Source: Felis catus (Eukaryota). From it: a stretch of DNA of 64,000 bases. The translations under genes were made by a program, and so were the position numbers. Of this stretch, positions 37,355-51,477 are shown piece after piece. Positions within the stretch are counted from its first letter, which is position 1; each line of letters opens with the position of its first letter. The notes under the pieces were generated by a model. The model worked only from the letters and a program-made list of their open reading frames with translations. It was not told the origin of the DNA and did not search any database. Location: the NCBI RefSeq assembly GCF_018350175.1, contig NC_058368.1, forward strand, positions 9,424,001 through 9,488,000. The letters are read 5' to 3'.

Positions 37355-37577
37355 GGGGCGCCTGGGTGGCTCAGTCGGTTAAGCGGCCGACTTCGGCTCA
37401 GGTCATGATCTCGCGGTCCGTGAGTTCGAGCCCGACCCCCGCGTCAGGCTCTGTGCTGACAGCTCGGAGCCTGGAGCCTGTTTCAGATTCTGTGTCTCCC
37501 TCTCTCTGACCTTCCCCCATGCATGCTCTGTCTCTCTCTGTCTCAAAAATAAAGAAACGTTAAAAAAATAAATCAAT
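37355..37577 (+). mobile_element. Can-SINE (SINEC_Fc2-like) with perfect 13-bp TSD
   Basis: TSD aaaatagaactca at 37341-37353 and 37578-37590, preceded by tttt (TT/AAAA L1 endonuclease site). Confidence 0.97.
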
Positions 37578-39106
37578 AAAATAGAACTCATTCCTCCTCC
37601 ATTTTAATTCAGCAGCATATAGAGTTTGTTCTTCAGTGCACTGGTGGTCTGTACATCCTAGCTCAAGGTAAGGGCTGCTGAGAAGCTAATATTCCATAAT
37701 GAGTCTCCCACCGTCATCTGGGCTGAAACCCGACAGAACTCAACACGCCTTGATATGACCCACAAGAGGTGGCTCTTGTGTGACATGATCTGAGAAAGCC
37801 CCATAGGCTATCCTGCCCTCAGATATGTCTTCCACATTTGTGTCAGGCACAGTCCCCAAGAGACCTGTGTCCGAATGCACATAGGCCTCCAGACAGAGAT
37901 GGTGGCTCATGATCACCGATTACCGCCTCTGTCCTGCCAGCCCACCTTAATTAGAAGAGAGCTCTGTCAGAAGATTAGGGCAAAGACCATTCAAAAGAGG
38001 CAGGAAAGCCCAGGAAAGATGCCAGAAAATGGGGTCACCAGGTCTTGACGGGATGCTTGCGGATGCCCCAGTCTCCCCCTGAGTTCAATCACGCAGCCCT
38101 GGGGCCTATCCAGTAACTTCTCCCCAGTCTTGCCTTTGCTTTTCTTTCATTGACAGTTCAGGTGACTCCTAAGCAGCCACTCCGGGCTGGATGCCACTTT
38201 GCCAATATCCCTGTGCCACCCACTGGGAACACTAATGAAGGCAAATGCAATGGCTTTTATGTCTTTTTACTCCCCAAGGACTTTCTAGAAGGGCAACTAG
38301 GAGGGCTGTTAGTTCTTCAGTTGTGTTCGAATGACATGAATTTGTAAACTCTAGAGCAATGGTGAGGCATCGATTTTCTATTTCACCACGCGATGCTGTG
38401 AAAAGTTCGAATACCCACAGCCCATGAAGCTCCCGTGTTCCCAAGCACCATGCCTGGCATTAGGAAAACAGATTTTAGGCTACTCCGTCTTCTCTTGGCC
38501 TTTACCGTCCGGGCGAGGAAATGTAAATTACATATAAGAAGAATGAAAAGTGGATCAAAGAGGAAATTGTGAGGTGGCAAATGCCTGCTAGGACGCTGAC
38601 GTGTGCCCTCAAGGACCAAGAGCTGAGGGAGATTGAGCTGCTGAGGTAAACTACAAATCTACCCAGGACAGGTCACGATGTAGGGAAAGTCTCTTTAAAG
38701 AGAGAGCATGACTCCAAGGCAGGGAAACTTGATTATAATCTGAGAGAAGGTATTCATATCTAAGGAATGAATGTGTCAATCGGGAGAGCAGGTAGGTTCC
38801 CCAAGAAAGCCTTCGAAAAATAAGAATCGGAGAGAAAGACATGGTAACCACGGTGGCTGTGGCCCCCCAAAAGCAGGGTGCCTGTGCCTCAGTGGGTACC
38901 CAAATGACCCACTGGGTAATGGGACAAAATATAGAACTTCTATTTCCATCTTGTTTACCCTTGAGGATTTCTATATATGTGGGCAAATCTATCAGTCCAG
39001 TAGGCGGTGATTCATAGTCTCGTAGATTTGTTTGGTATTCATGCCCAAATGTTTTTTCTGGTGAAGCACATGCGAAATTACAGTGATGTGGAGACAACAG
39101 TAATAT

Positions 39107-39454
39107 CATTATGGGCTGAATAGTGCCCCCCAGATCCCTATGTTGGAGTCCCAACCCTCAGTACCTAAGAATGTAAGTGCGTTTGGAGACAAGGCCTTTA
39201 AAGAGGCAATTAAAAGAAAATAAGGTCATACAGATGGGTTCTAATCCAGTATGACTGGTGTCCTTATAGGAACAGGAAATGACACGGAGCGACACCCATG
39301 TGAAGACACAGGACGGAGGCCTCTGAGGAACTCAACCCGCCGATATCCTGATTTTGGACTTTGTAGCCGCCCGAACCGTGAGTTAATACATTTCTGTTGT
39401 TTAAGCACCCAGATCTGTGGGACTCTTTTGTGGTAGCCTTATCCGACTGATACA
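39107..39454 (+). mobile_element. MLT1B-like solo LTR
   Basis: 'tatgggctgaatagtgcccccc...ctaatccagtatgactggtgtccttata...catttctgttgtttaagc...tgataca'. Confidence 0.88.
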
Positions 39455-39887
39455 ACGACGCTCATATTGACCCCGCCGGAAGGAGAATGGAAATCTCCCC
39501 CATCTGAACTAAATCCTTCCCTCGTGGTCCTGTGGGTTCTGACTCCTAGCCTCGCGATTTCCAGTCTAGCCCGTGGTGGAGTCCTTTGTAAGCAACCAAA
39601 ACTGCATCGGGACATGTGTCTTCCCCTTTCCCCACCCCCTCCCCCCAGTCCCAAACGACCCCTGCCCCCCCTCCTGCTTGCCCCCCTCCTCTCCTACACT
39701 TGACTCTGGAGACCAGTATTCCAGCCCCTACTGGGACTGAGGCTTGGTCAATGACCTCCAATTTCACTAAGCAAGCCGGCAACTAAGTCAAGAACTGTGT
39801 CAAAATCCATCCATAACTATTCAATCCACAACCGTAGCCAGCATATGTCTCCAGTGTTTGCCAATGATTTCAAAACATTTTCGATCA

Positions 39888-40010
39888 GAGGTGCCTGGCT
39901 GGCTCAGTAGGTAGAGTGTGTGACCCTGGATCTCGGGGTTGTGAGTTCGAGCCCCGCGTTGAGGGTGGAGATGACTTAAAAGTAGAATCTTGGAAAACCA
40001 AAAAAACACA
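39888..40010 (+). mobile_element. Short old Can-SINE (tRNA-Lys-like, no CT tract)
   Basis: 'gcctggctggctcagtaggtagag...gatctcggggttgtgagttcgagccccgcgttg...gagatgacttaaaa'. Confidence 0.85.
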
Positions 40011-40658
40011 AAGCCATTTCTGACCAACTTCCTGTCTCCTAGAATGAGCATCCACCGGGAGCCTGAGAACAACCAAGATCGAACTGCAAGTGTCACTTGC
40101 CCACGTGAATGTCTATCACCTGAGACCCCTCGGCCGGAGTCAACTCGTCACAGTACCACAGCCCAAATTTTACAATTACTTGGTTGTTGCGCAATCGAAA
40201 ACTTTCAAGTGATATAAAATGTCTGCTCCGCATCAGGGTGTGAAAAAGGAACCATTTAAAAGACGCTCTAAGTCAAGCCGAAGCTGCACGAACCTGTTCT
40301 TCTTGGTGTGATGGGCCACACGCGTGTTTCTCCAGTGGTTGAACACACCGTAGTAAAATATGCAGCAAAATGAAGCCTGAGACACTTGAATTCAAACTGC
40401 GATTTCTGCACCAAACGCACAAACCTGAAGGATAAGAAATTCTTCTTGGGAGGTGCTATAGATTTCCCGAGGGACAGTGGACGCTTGCGGAGAAGACTCG
40501 CCGGCTGGATGTGCGTGTGGCCTCAGGCAAGATATTTAAATCCCGTGGCCTCAGTCGCCTCATCCCTAAAATGGGATTTAAAAAGCTTCCTCACATGGTT
40601 GGTTTGAGCATTGCGTTCGGTTCTTAAAGCTCAGGGATGGTAAAGAAGTAACTTTGGA

Positions 40659-40786
40659 GGAACTCCTGGGTGGCTCAGTCGGTTAAGCCTCGGACTCGTG
40701 GTGTTGGCTCAGGTCATGATCTCACGGTTTCGTGAGTTTGAGCCCCCACGTTGGGCTCTGCGCTCATAGTGCAGTGCTTGCTTGGG

Positions 40787-40821
<35 letters not shown>

Positions 40822-40880
40822 GCACCTCCCCCACTCGCACTATCTCCGTCTCTCTCAAAATAAATAAACTTAAAAAAAAA
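40659..40880 (+). mobile_element. Can-SINE
   Basis: Body with (CT)n and tail; TSD-like aagaagtaactttgga / aagaaagaactttgga. Confidence 0.93.
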
Positions 40881-42189
40881 AAGAAAGAACTTTGGAAAGA
40901 ACTTGAAAGTTGCACGGCATAAAGATAGGGGCAAACATCCCGTCTACGTCACTAATATCCTGTGACAACGTGAGGTGCAGAGATCTAATGAAAGGCTATC
41001 ACAGCAGATGATTTTTCACTGAGGTGGGAAAAGTAGCGGGTTGTTGTTTTTCTCTTCCAATCGCAGGGCTTCCTCTTTTCAGAGGAAAGAATGGGGATGA
41101 TTTCAGCAAATGATAACCCCAACGTCTGAATAAGATTTGCAAAAACAATCGATTTTCTTCCCAAGGACTGGCAGTGGTGTGGGCAGTTGAGCAATAAAGG
41201 AGCAGCCGTAATTTTCTGCTCTATTTCTGCAACGGCAACAAAAACATGATGGCAGAAAACAACGCCAAGTGACAATCTTCATTTCCTTCCTTGGGGATAG
41301 AAAAACACATCTGTTTACGAAGGCTTTAGAAACCGTAACCACAGATTGAAGCAACACGACGCTCCCGAGCAAAGACCCGTTGGGTTGAGCCAACCGTACG
41401 TGGGGAGTGGATGGTTCCCGTATGGAAGTGCGGTGGGCCAGGCCCTGGGAAGGGCAAGACGAACAAAGAGCTTTCATCGACATTGGCAATGCTGACATGA
41501 AGTATGTTTCCCTCAGCAGACTGGCAAGCTCCCTAGAAAGGGAAGATTAATACAAGCGGGGAATATGAACTCTCTCTAGCAAACCTTGTCCATTTTCTGC
41601 CCGGGGAGAGCGCCGAGTGATGGATGGCCATCGACCCTGGATTGAGTGGACTTGAACGAGTCTGCCCCGGCTTCTCCCCCACTTGCCAGCTCTCTCCATC
41701 TTGACCTAACAGGTGTTGAAGTCTCATTTGTCCTATGTCCCTGGGCAAGGGCTGGTCCACCTGAATTCATTTTACCGAAAACCGAGGCTTGCCTATTTAA
41801 ATTTCACGGATTTATTTCTGCCAAGTTTCACGTTTTTGTTTTTGTTTGGTTCTGTGGAAACCTTTCAGAATTAACGTCTGCCCTCCCTGCCTTCTCAGAG
41901 TATACTGAACTTCAGCGAGGTGACATAGGAGCATTTCCAGGGCACAGAGCTGTCACCCGGTGGGCACTGAGCGGCGTCCCATGCTGGCTGCTTCATTAAT
42001 TTATTTCTTTTTATAAACCAAGGTCATCAGGGTGAATACTGCTGATGGAGGGATGCTGATGGAGGCAGACAAGGTAGGAGATAAGGTTGGAGGGATCCAA
42101 AGGGCTGTGCTTTCTGAGTCTGTCCCCCCCCCCCGCCCTTTTACCATTACACTCTTATGGCCATTTCATGGTCTCTTCTCTATGCTGCC

Positions 42190-43117
42190 TTGTTCACCCA
42201 GACTCAGTTCTCTCCCTGAACAACAGACTTGGGCATAAAACTGCCTACCAGAAAGTTCTACAAAGACACTGAATAGGTCACTCAACTAAGTACCCGCAGA
42301 CAAGCACCTGCTTGAATTCCCAAACCTCTTCCCCCCACTCTCCCCGCTCCCAGCAAGGGAAAACGCCATCTTCCCAGGGGAGTCTTTCTTCCTTGACAAC
42401 TTTCTTTCCTCACTCCCCACCGCCAGACCATCAGCAAATCCTGTCAGCTCGACCTTCAAAATATATACAGAAGCTGACCATTTCCTCAGCCTCCAAGGCT
42501 ACCACCTTGCTCCAAGCCATATCCCTTCTCCTAGATTCCTGCAAAGCTTGCTCCCTGGCCTCCCGGCGTCTGGCCTTGTGTCTCTATTCTCAGCACATAA
42601 GCCAGAGGAATCTTTTCAGGGGTGTCATTCCTCAAAGACAGACTCCTCCCAGTGGCCTAGGAGGCCCATGCAGTCTGGGTCCCCATCACCTCTCTGACCT
42701 TGTCTCCTTATACGCCCCCTCCTCATCCACTCAGCTCCACCCACCACCCTGACCCCTTGCTGTTCCCTCATGAAAGCCAGACACCTTCCTGCCGCAGGGC
42801 CTTTGCACTTGCTATCCTTTCTGTCCAGAGTGCTCTTCACTTAGATATGCACATGCTTCTTCTCTCGGCCTCAGATCCTTACTGAAATATTACTTTCCAG
42901 CAAGGCCCTTTCTCTCTCTCCCGCTTCTGCCTTATTTCGGCACCTACCACCATCCAACATAAGATAAAGTTTGCTTATGTATCTGTCTCCACCAACTAGA
43001 GTATAGGCTCTGTGACAACAGGGACTTTTCTGCTATCTTGTTCACCACTATATCCCCAACCCCGAAAACAGTAGCCAGCATGTAGCCGGTCATCAATGAA
43101 TATTTGTTAAATGAAGA
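42190..43117 (+). mobile_element. L2 (L2a-like), about 0.9 kb 3' portion
   Basis: 'ccatcagcaaatcctgtcagctcgaccttcaaaatata', 'cagggcctttgcacttgct', end 'tcaatgaatatttgttaaatgaa'. Confidence 0.9.
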
Positions 43118-43164
43118 ATTTTTTTTTTTTTGAACCGTGAAATTGAGCCTGCTTCCAGAAATAC

Positions 43165-43415
43165 GAGCCAGTGATTATGAACATGGGTTTTACAGTCAGA
43201 CTCATGATTCAAAAGCTGCTCTGTCTCCCTTTTAGCTGTGTGACCTTGGACAAGGTCTTGACCTCCTCTAAATGTCGTTTTATCATCTTTAAGATAGATA
43301 TGATGAGGTACCAAAAAAAAAAAAATGTAGGAAATACCGAGCACAGAACCCGGCAAGCTGCAACCCTTTGCTACGTAAGAGCTCCTATGGGTGTTTCTTT
43401 GCTACAATAACTATT
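43165..43415 (+). mobile_element. MIR
   Basis: 'tagctgtgtgaccttggacaagg...acctcctctaa'. Confidence 0.75.
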
Positions 43416-45019
43416 ATGTTGTCCACTGACCACGAAACTCCCATCTCCTCTCCTGGACTCCAGTCTTTCCCAAATCCTAATGCCTTCTACACACTCGGGC
43501 CAGAGTCATCTTCCAGAACAGAAACCTCGTTAGGAATAAGGACTCCTGAACATTTTCTCCTCCAAAAAAGTAACAAGAGAACGGACGATTGTCCGGCTGG
43601 CTGAGTGTCGAAGGTGTGCCCCACGGTGTACCCAGAGGCTCTTGGCTCTTGGCAAAGGCTAGATTTATCGGTCACAGGAACTTAAGGAGCCCTCTGCCCA
43701 TTCATTCAACGGACCCCTGGGTCAACGGAGCAGAGTGTTCCGCGGCGAAAGGTTATAGGCTTTGCAGAAGCCGTTCAGAAAGGGTATTCCACAAAACAAC
43801 CACAGAGCCTGGCGACGGATTTCTAGAATCCGGTTTGCAGAGTTAGCACGTTCTGTTCCACTCTCTCTCTCTCGTGCTGCCCTAGAACCCTCCGGAAAGA
43901 GTCCAGATCCCTCAACGGGGCATCAAGGCGTTCCACGGTCTTCCCTGCCAACCTCTTCAGCTTTCTCCTGCACCTCGTAAGCCACCACCCGGCCTCACCT
44001 CCCCCCAGGGCTTCCGTTCCAAACATACCACACTCTGTCTCGCCTCCTGGTCCCGGTACCTGCCTCTCCTCCCGCCAGCGCATCGTCTAGCACATCGCCC
44101 CGGCCTCTCCTGACTGCGCCGAGTGCCCCTCCGGAGGGCAGGCACAGTGCCCTGCGCTCACGGTCCTGTAGCAAGTTCAACTCCGGCCCTGGGAGCAAAG
44201 CACGCCTTCATCGGTCTGCCTCCCTTCCCCGTCCTGGAAGACAGGAACTGGGATCCCAACGGCTTGCCTGGTGCCTCTTGATAGCAGGGCCGGAGACATT
44301 CTCCCAATCCGTGGCCTCGGGATCAGACAAGCACTCTTAAGCTAGCACCGGTTGCACAGCTGATGTGGGTCACTTTCTCCCAGTCCCACCGAGGACTCCC
44401 TTTGAGGACAGCGCACACAGTATCACTAACCAAGTGCATCTTTCTTGAGACTGAAAAAAACAGAAAAGAAAAGAAGAAAGCTGTTCCCCTTTCAGACCTG
44501 CTTACAGAGTGAAAAGGGCACAAAAGGAGTCTCCTCGGCCCCTCGCCACCCCCCCACCCCCGCAGCCCTGCCCCGAGCAGGTGCAGAGGGCACTGGGAGG
44601 CAGGAGACACGGGCTCTGGCCCCCAGGGAGCTGAGTGTCCAGGGAGGAGAAATGGGGTGGGAAATCGGGCAAGAGTGCAGAAGGGAGGCCCGGGGCCGTG
44701 GCTCCCCGGGGGACTGGGCTCACGGTGACAGACCGCACCCTGGAAGACAGCACTTTTGCCTGAAGGAAACGCCGAGAAGGAGGGGAGAGCTCCTCCCTCC
44801 AGGAGAAAGTGGGAAAGGCTCGGAGGGGAGAACAAACGCTGCCTGTCGGGGGATAAGGAGAGAGGAGTCTGGGGGACACACGAGGCCTGCCTGGGAGGGC
44901 TTTAAACATCAGGCTAACAAGTTTACTTTTTGTCCTGAGGTCAAGTGGGAGCCACTGAACGTCTGCAAGCCAAGGAGAAAGTGATGTGCGTGCCAAGTAA
45001 AGATTAGGCAGGCAGGGGC

Positions 45020-45045
45020 GTGTGTGTGTGTGTGTGTGTGTGTGT
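45020..45045. repeat. (GT)n microsatellite
   Basis: About 13 units. Confidence 0.95.
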
Positions 45046-47546
45046 ATGGGGGGGGTGGGGGAGGTTAGAAGGATAGAGGGAAGGAGTCTAGCAGCCCAGA
45101 CACCAAGCAGCGTGCATCTGTGGAGAAAGAGGCCTGCAGGAGGAGAAAAAAGGGAGAGGTGGGGAGTGCACAGGGGACTCCCCGTGTGCCAAGCATTGTG
45201 CAGAAGGCCCCACGTGCCACCCCGTGGAAGCTTCCCCCCGACCTGCTAAGGCACCATTCTTGTTTCACAGATTTTAAAAACAAGTCTCGGGAAGGTTAAG
45301 TGAATTGCTGTGGTCACGCAGCCAGGACCGGCGGGGAGGCCGGGACGTGGCCCAGGGCCTCGGACGCGGGCACCTTCACCTTCACCCATAGGTGCCTCTG
45401 CGTGGAGACCACCCGCCCGTGCTTTTAAAATTCTTGCGGGCTGCTTAACATACTCATTAGCTGAATACATTCTTTTTCAGCAGGGACGATAATTCGATAA
45501 ACGATAATAACAGTTAGGGGCCGTCACATGCTGGGCGCTACATAGAACGTGCTACACTACTCACTCACAAATACCAAACAAAGGAGCACAGTGGGTCTGT
45601 CCCTTCTTTACAGACACCACAGCTGTTTACCTTAGTCTTCCAGCCACGCTGGGCACCTCGGAAATGCTTGTGGAACTGAAAAGTCCTGTGGCCGCCGGAA
45701 ACTGACCAGAGCGAAGGTACCAGACTCCATCTGCTCGCACGTGTCCTTTCCGTAGGTTTCCCTTTGGGGCAGCACGGTGTTTGTGTTACCTTCTGTCCTC
45801 CTGCCCCTGCGGGCCCCTGGGGGGTTTTGATGGGTAGGTGGGGGCCAAGTGGCCATTTAAAAAAAAAAAAGGTTCAACTGTGAATTGTTTTCAACAAAGT
45901 TTAAAAACTCCAGTATGTTGTAGAAACATCTCCCTGTGGTTGGACAGGGGTGGAAGACTTTCTCAAGCTAAGAGGGAGGACAGTGTTAGAACCCATGGCG
46001 TTTCGTCACTTTAAGGTGGCATTCCGACCTGACTTTGGAACAGACTTGAAACAGTATTTCACAAGAAGAAGCAATTCTGTTGTATCCTAAGTTTTAAGAG
46101 CTTTTAACTTTGTCTTTCTTCTCCTCTTGTTACAAACAGCGTAGTTTGAACATGGGAAGGAACTGGGGGGAAGAATAATGGTCTTTGTTTGCTAATGTGT
46201 TTTCCTTTTACTCACTATTGCGAAATGTAATTCCTTAATAGACGATGTCTAATGATCCGCATTAACCTCTCTGAAGGCCCCGTTGAGCATGACGAATATG
46301 TAAATTATTACTTTTCAGTTTTCATTGAGAAGATAAAACACGAATCTATTAAATTTGTGTTTTACTCAACTTTTTCCACATGAGGCCTTTAATGTTTTAA
46401 TGTTGTCAGTGACAAATACGAGTTACCCACTTTCCAGCCAAGGCTGTCCTTCCCCTTTAAGATGTCCTCGACGCTGGGCACAGTCCGCTTCCCAGCCACG
46501 GGCTCCGTTTGGCTTTACCAGGTGCTAGAGTTCCTTCCAAAGAACCTTCACTTCCACCTTGGAGAGCCACAGAGCCGCTGGGGTGGTGCTACACAGGTCA
46601 GGGATTTAAGGCTTGCTGCTTTTGAACCCGCTGCCTCTCTCTTGAATGAACCCCTCAGGACGGGATTGCAAATTCACTTCCTGTCCGGACAACACATCAT
46701 GGAAAGTTCTGAGCTGTGAAACAGCCTGCCCTTTTATCTTCAAAGCTTGAAAGCTCTTGGATCTAAGGAGGAAATAGCTTATTTGAGTTGAAAAAAGACT
46801 ATTTGATTTGAGGGCGGGTAAACACAGGGTTACCAAAAAATGAAAACCAAACAACTTTTAGCCTAATAAAAAAAAAAAAAGCCACGTCTTTATAAATCTG
46901 CTGGTAGCTCATCAACACCACCTAAAAATCAGGCATTCTTCCGTTGGAAGCTGCAATACAGAGGTTCAAAATAGGTGAGGGGAGAGGACAGCCCATCAGA
47001 GGTTCTGATAAAACAGGTTAGGAAAACATACTTTGGAAGAGGACGATGAACCGTGAGACGATAATAACGTGGTCCAAAATACGCACAGCCCGCTATCAGT
47101 GTTTGCAAAGGTCACTTGCCGACTAAGCCAACAGGCATATTTCACCAATCACCATAGTTGGGCAGGATTCTGACAGATTAGACTTGACCATAGCGATTTA
47201 AGATATTATTATTATTATCTGGCTATTAAATTACTAATTTTATGACCTTAGGCAAGGTGTCCAAACTTTCTGAGCCTCGGTTTCTTAATCTATGAAAAGG
47301 TTAAATAATGCCAGGATTGGCGCTAACACAATTTACTTGCACAGTCCCTGGGACGTGGCGAGAACCTCATCCCCAGGACTAATTGTTCTTTTTTGTTCTT
47401 TTTGGTAATAAGGGTACGAAGATAAGGAATTTGAGGAAAATGAATGTCAATGTTCTTTTAAAAGGAATGTCCCAGGACTAAAGTAGTTTTTCTTTAAAAT
47501 GTTGCCCACAGGATCCTATCTTTCTAGATTTTTAAGATGTGGCTCT

Positions 47547-47548
<2 letters not shown>

Positions 47549-47583
<35 letters not shown>
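47549..47583. repeat. (GT)n microsatellite
   Basis: About 17 units. Confidence 0.95.
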
Positions 47584-47584
<1 letters not shown>

Positions 47585-49054
47585 AATAAAACCTACATAA
47601 TTAGCCATTTCAATATCTTTTAAAATGTGCTGAAATTGCATGTCTGAAGGAAAGGACAGGGCTTTTGGTTTCCCGTTCCAAATGTAGGGAGCTTGGAAGT
47701 CTTCACTCCATCCCAACTACAAGTAAAAAGCTCAACAGACTGAAAAGTCAGCAACCCTTCTTGGATCCATAAAAGAGGGGCGGACACAGGGCAGACCACT
47801 GTCCCTGAGGTTGGAGAGACAGGCAGGCAAACGTGGTTGACGAGAGCAGAGACTCCCCAGGAAACTGAGTCATACTTGACTCATGCCTGGAGGCCCTGTG
47901 CCGACGAGTCTGAGAATTAAAACACTCCACGGGAACCTGGTCACAGGGGCCCCCACAGTCTTACCTCTGGTAAATGGACTAAGTTCCCACAGTCAATAAT
48001 GGAGAAAAAGTCCCTTGGGCTTCCAGGAAGTGAAGAAACGATTCTGAAATACCTCAGATCACTGTTTGTCTTAAAAAGGCCAGCCCTCGGGGGAAACTAG
48101 TTGACCAACGCTTCACAGCTTGTTCTCTGAGCCTAACTGGCATGGGAAACCCAACTCCCGCCCACTCTTGCCATCCTGATCTACTTAAAGGGAGAGAAAA
48201 CACTGAGAAACACTTGTGAGGGTCACAGGATCACTAAAGGACTGAGGCCTAATGACAGGCTGACAGGACACTTCCCCTCCCCCACACCTCGCCACCACAT
48301 CACTCAAGGCCTATTTACAGCAGCTCTTTCCACCTGGTATGTCATGTTCAGCTATCGGGAAAAGATTACAAGGCACACAAAAAGGCAAAAAGCGCAAAGT
48401 GAATACACAGAATGAGCATCAGAACCAGACATGTCAAGGATGATGAAAATATCAGACTGGGAATTTAAAACAGCTATGATTAACAGGCTGAGGGTTCTAA
48501 TAGATAAAGTAGACAGAGTGCGGGAACAGACGGGCAATGCAAGCAGAGAGGCGGAAATCCTAAGAAAGAACCAGAAAGAAATGCTAGACATCAAAAACAC
48601 TGATTGATACAGAAATGAAGGATGCCTTTCATGGGCTTATTAATAGACCAGACCGGTTGAGGAATGAATCCCTGAGCTATAGGATACATCGACCGAATCC
48701 TTGAAAACTGAAAAGCAAATAGAGCAAACGCTGAACTAAATAGAATATCCAAGGAGTGTGGGAAATTACAAAAGGTGGAACATACATGGAATGGGAATGG
48801 AAAAACCAGGAGAATAGAGAAAGAAACAGAAGAAATATCTGAAAGAATGATGACAGATAACTTTCCCCAAATTAACTTCAGACACCAAACAACAGAAGCA
48901 GGAAGCTCAGAGAACACCAAGCAGAATAAATGCAAGAACAAAACAAACAAATAAACAAACAAACAAACACAACAAGAAAAAAACCCCACCCGACCTCACT
49001 GTATCATTTTTAAAGTACATAAAGTCAAAGATAATTTTTTAAAATCCTGAAAGA

Positions 49055-49270
49055 GGGGCGCCTGGGTGGCTTAGTCGGTTAGGCGGCCGACTTCGGCTCA
49101 GGTCATGATCTCACGGTCCGTGAGTTCGAGCCCCGCGTCGGGCTCTGTGCTGACAGCTCAGAGCCTGGAGCCTGTTTCAGATTCTGTGTCTCCCTCTTTC
49201 TCTGACCCTCCCCCATTCATGCTCTGTCTCTGTCTCTGTCTCAAAAATAAATAAACATTAAAAAAAAATT
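49055..49270 (+). mobile_element. Can-SINE nested in L1, perfect 14-bp TSD
   Basis: aaaatcctgaaaga at 49041-49054 and 49271-49284. Confidence 0.97.
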
Positions 49271-49456
49271 AAAATCCTGAAAGAAACCAGAGGTTAAAAA
49301 AAAAAAATTCTTACCCATAGAGGGACAAGGTGAAGAATTACATCCAATTTCTCCTCAGAAACCATGGAAACAAGAGAGTAGAGTGAAATATTTAAAGGGT
49401 TGAGAGAAAAAGAAAACCCACCACAATTCTATACCCTGCAAAATTATCCTTCAAAA

Positions 49457-49683
49457 GCATGGGTGGCTCAGGCAGTTGTGTCTGACTCTTGATTTCAGCT
49501 CAGGTCATGGTCTCATGGTTCGTGAGAACAAGTCCCACATTGGGCTCTGTGCTGACAGCACAGAGCCTGCTTGGGATTCTCTCTCCCTCTCTCTCTGCCC
49601 CTTTCCCCGATTAGGCACGCACATGTGCTCTCTCTCTCTCTCTCTCTCTCAAGATAAATAAATAAGCATTAATAAAAAAAAAA
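49457..49683 (+). mobile_element. Can-SINE nested in L1
   Basis: 'gactcttgatttcagctcaggtcatg...tgcttgggattctctc', A tail. Confidence 0.93.
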
Positions 49684-50498
49684 GTGAAAGGGAAATACAG
49701 ACTTTCTCAGGCAAATGAACATTTGGGAAATTTGTGACCAATGGACCTGCTTTATAAGAAATGTTAAAAGAAGTTCTCCTGCGAGAATGAAGATAATATA
49801 GCTTGGAAACTCAGATCTACATAAACAAGGAAGAGTCTCCAAAAAAAAAGAATAAATGAAGATATAATAAAAACTTTTTTTCTTAGTCTTAACTGATCTA
49901 AAGGATAACAGTTTATTCAAAATAATAATAGCAACCATGCATTTTATTATGCACGCTAATGTATATATCTTCTGTGTGTACATATATGAATGTTTATGTT
50001 TGTTTACATGAAAATGAAATGAATGGCAGGAATGATACAAGGGATAGGAGGAAAAAAAATTGGGATTTTTTTGTTATGATGAGGCACTCACACTACCTGT
50101 GAAGGGGTATTGTGTTATTTGAAAATGGACTTGGATTAGTTATAAATGTATATGGCAAACTCTAGGGCAACCACTAAAACAAGTTTTTTAAAAATTATCA
50201 TTGATATGCTAAGAAAAGAGAAAATAGAATCATATAACATGTTTGATTAAAACCACAGGTCAGACAAAAATGTGAAAGACAAAAATAGGAACAAAGAACA
50301 AAGGGCAAATAGAAAACAGTAACAAATACTTTAGCTATTAATCCAACTATAGAATAATCATTTGAGTATCAATGTTCTAAATATACCAATTAAAACACAG
50401 AGATTATTCAAGTGGGTCAAAAAACCTAGCTATATGTTGTTTTCGGGAAACCTACTTTAACTATAAAGACACAGATAGATTAAAAGTGAATGGATGGA

Positions 50499-50737
50499 GG
50501 AGCGCCTGGGTAGCTCAGTTGGTTAAGCGTCCAACTTCAGCTCAGGTCATGATCTCATTGTTTGTGAGTTCCAGCCCCACGTCAGGCTCTGTGCTGACAA
50601 CTCAGAGCCTGGAGCCTGCTTTGGGTTCCGTGTGTCTCTCTTTCTCTGCACCTCCCCCATTTGCACTCTTGTGCCCTCTCTGTCTCTCTCTCTCAAAAAT
50701 AAATAAACATTTAAAAAATTCAAACAAGACAACAACA
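50499..50737 (+). mobile_element. Can-SINE nested in L1 ORF2
   Basis: TSD-like aaaagtgaatggatgga / aaaagtaaatgatgga. Confidence 0.95.
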
Positions 50738-51315
50738 AAAAGTAAATGATGGAGAAAAATATAGCACGTCAACATGAATCAAAAGAAAGCTGGAGTAGGT
50801 GTATGAATTTTAGAGCAGACTTCAAAGTAAAGAAGGAAAGTAAAGAAGGGCATTAATGAGGATAAAGGGGTCAATTCTCCAACAAGACATAATAATTTTT
50901 AATATGTATGTACCTAACAGAACATCAAACTACATGAGGCAAAAATTGATAGAACTCATGGAGAAATAGATGAATCCACTATCATAGTTGGAGATTTCAA
51001 CCCCTCTCGCTCAGAAATGCACAGATCCAGGAGGCAGAAGTCAGTAAGGACATAGTTGAACTTAACAACACCATCAACCAACTGGATGTAATTGACATCT
51101 ATAGATTAATTCTGAATGTACATTTTTCTCAAGCTCACATGGAATAGTCACCAAGATAAATCACATTCTGGATCATAAAACACACTTTAACAAAAACAAA
51201 AGTATATAAGTTATACAATATGTCTCCTCAGGCCACAGCGGAATTACACCACAAATCAATAACAGAAAGATAACTAGGAAATCTTAAATAAATAAGACGA
51301 AACAATACACTTCTT

Positions 51316-51477
51316 CAGGGTAGGGACAGAGAGAAGGAGAGAGAGAGAGAATCCCAGGCAAGTGCCATATGCTCAGCACACAGCTCAACGTGGAGCTCGA
51401 TCTCAGGACTGTGAGATCATGACCTGAGCCAAAATCAAAAGTTGGATGTTCAACCGAATGAGCTACCCAGGTGCCCC
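51316..51477 (-). mobile_element. Can-SINE nested in L1, antisense, tail missing
   Basis: 'gagaatcccaggc...gagatcatgacctgagccaaaatcaaaagttgg...caggtgcccc'. Confidence 0.9.

Noticed and set aside
39888..39965. tRNA-Lys-like sequence as a tRNA gene
   Set aside because: Has SINE 3' extension, A-rich tail and TSD-like flanks; degraded stems
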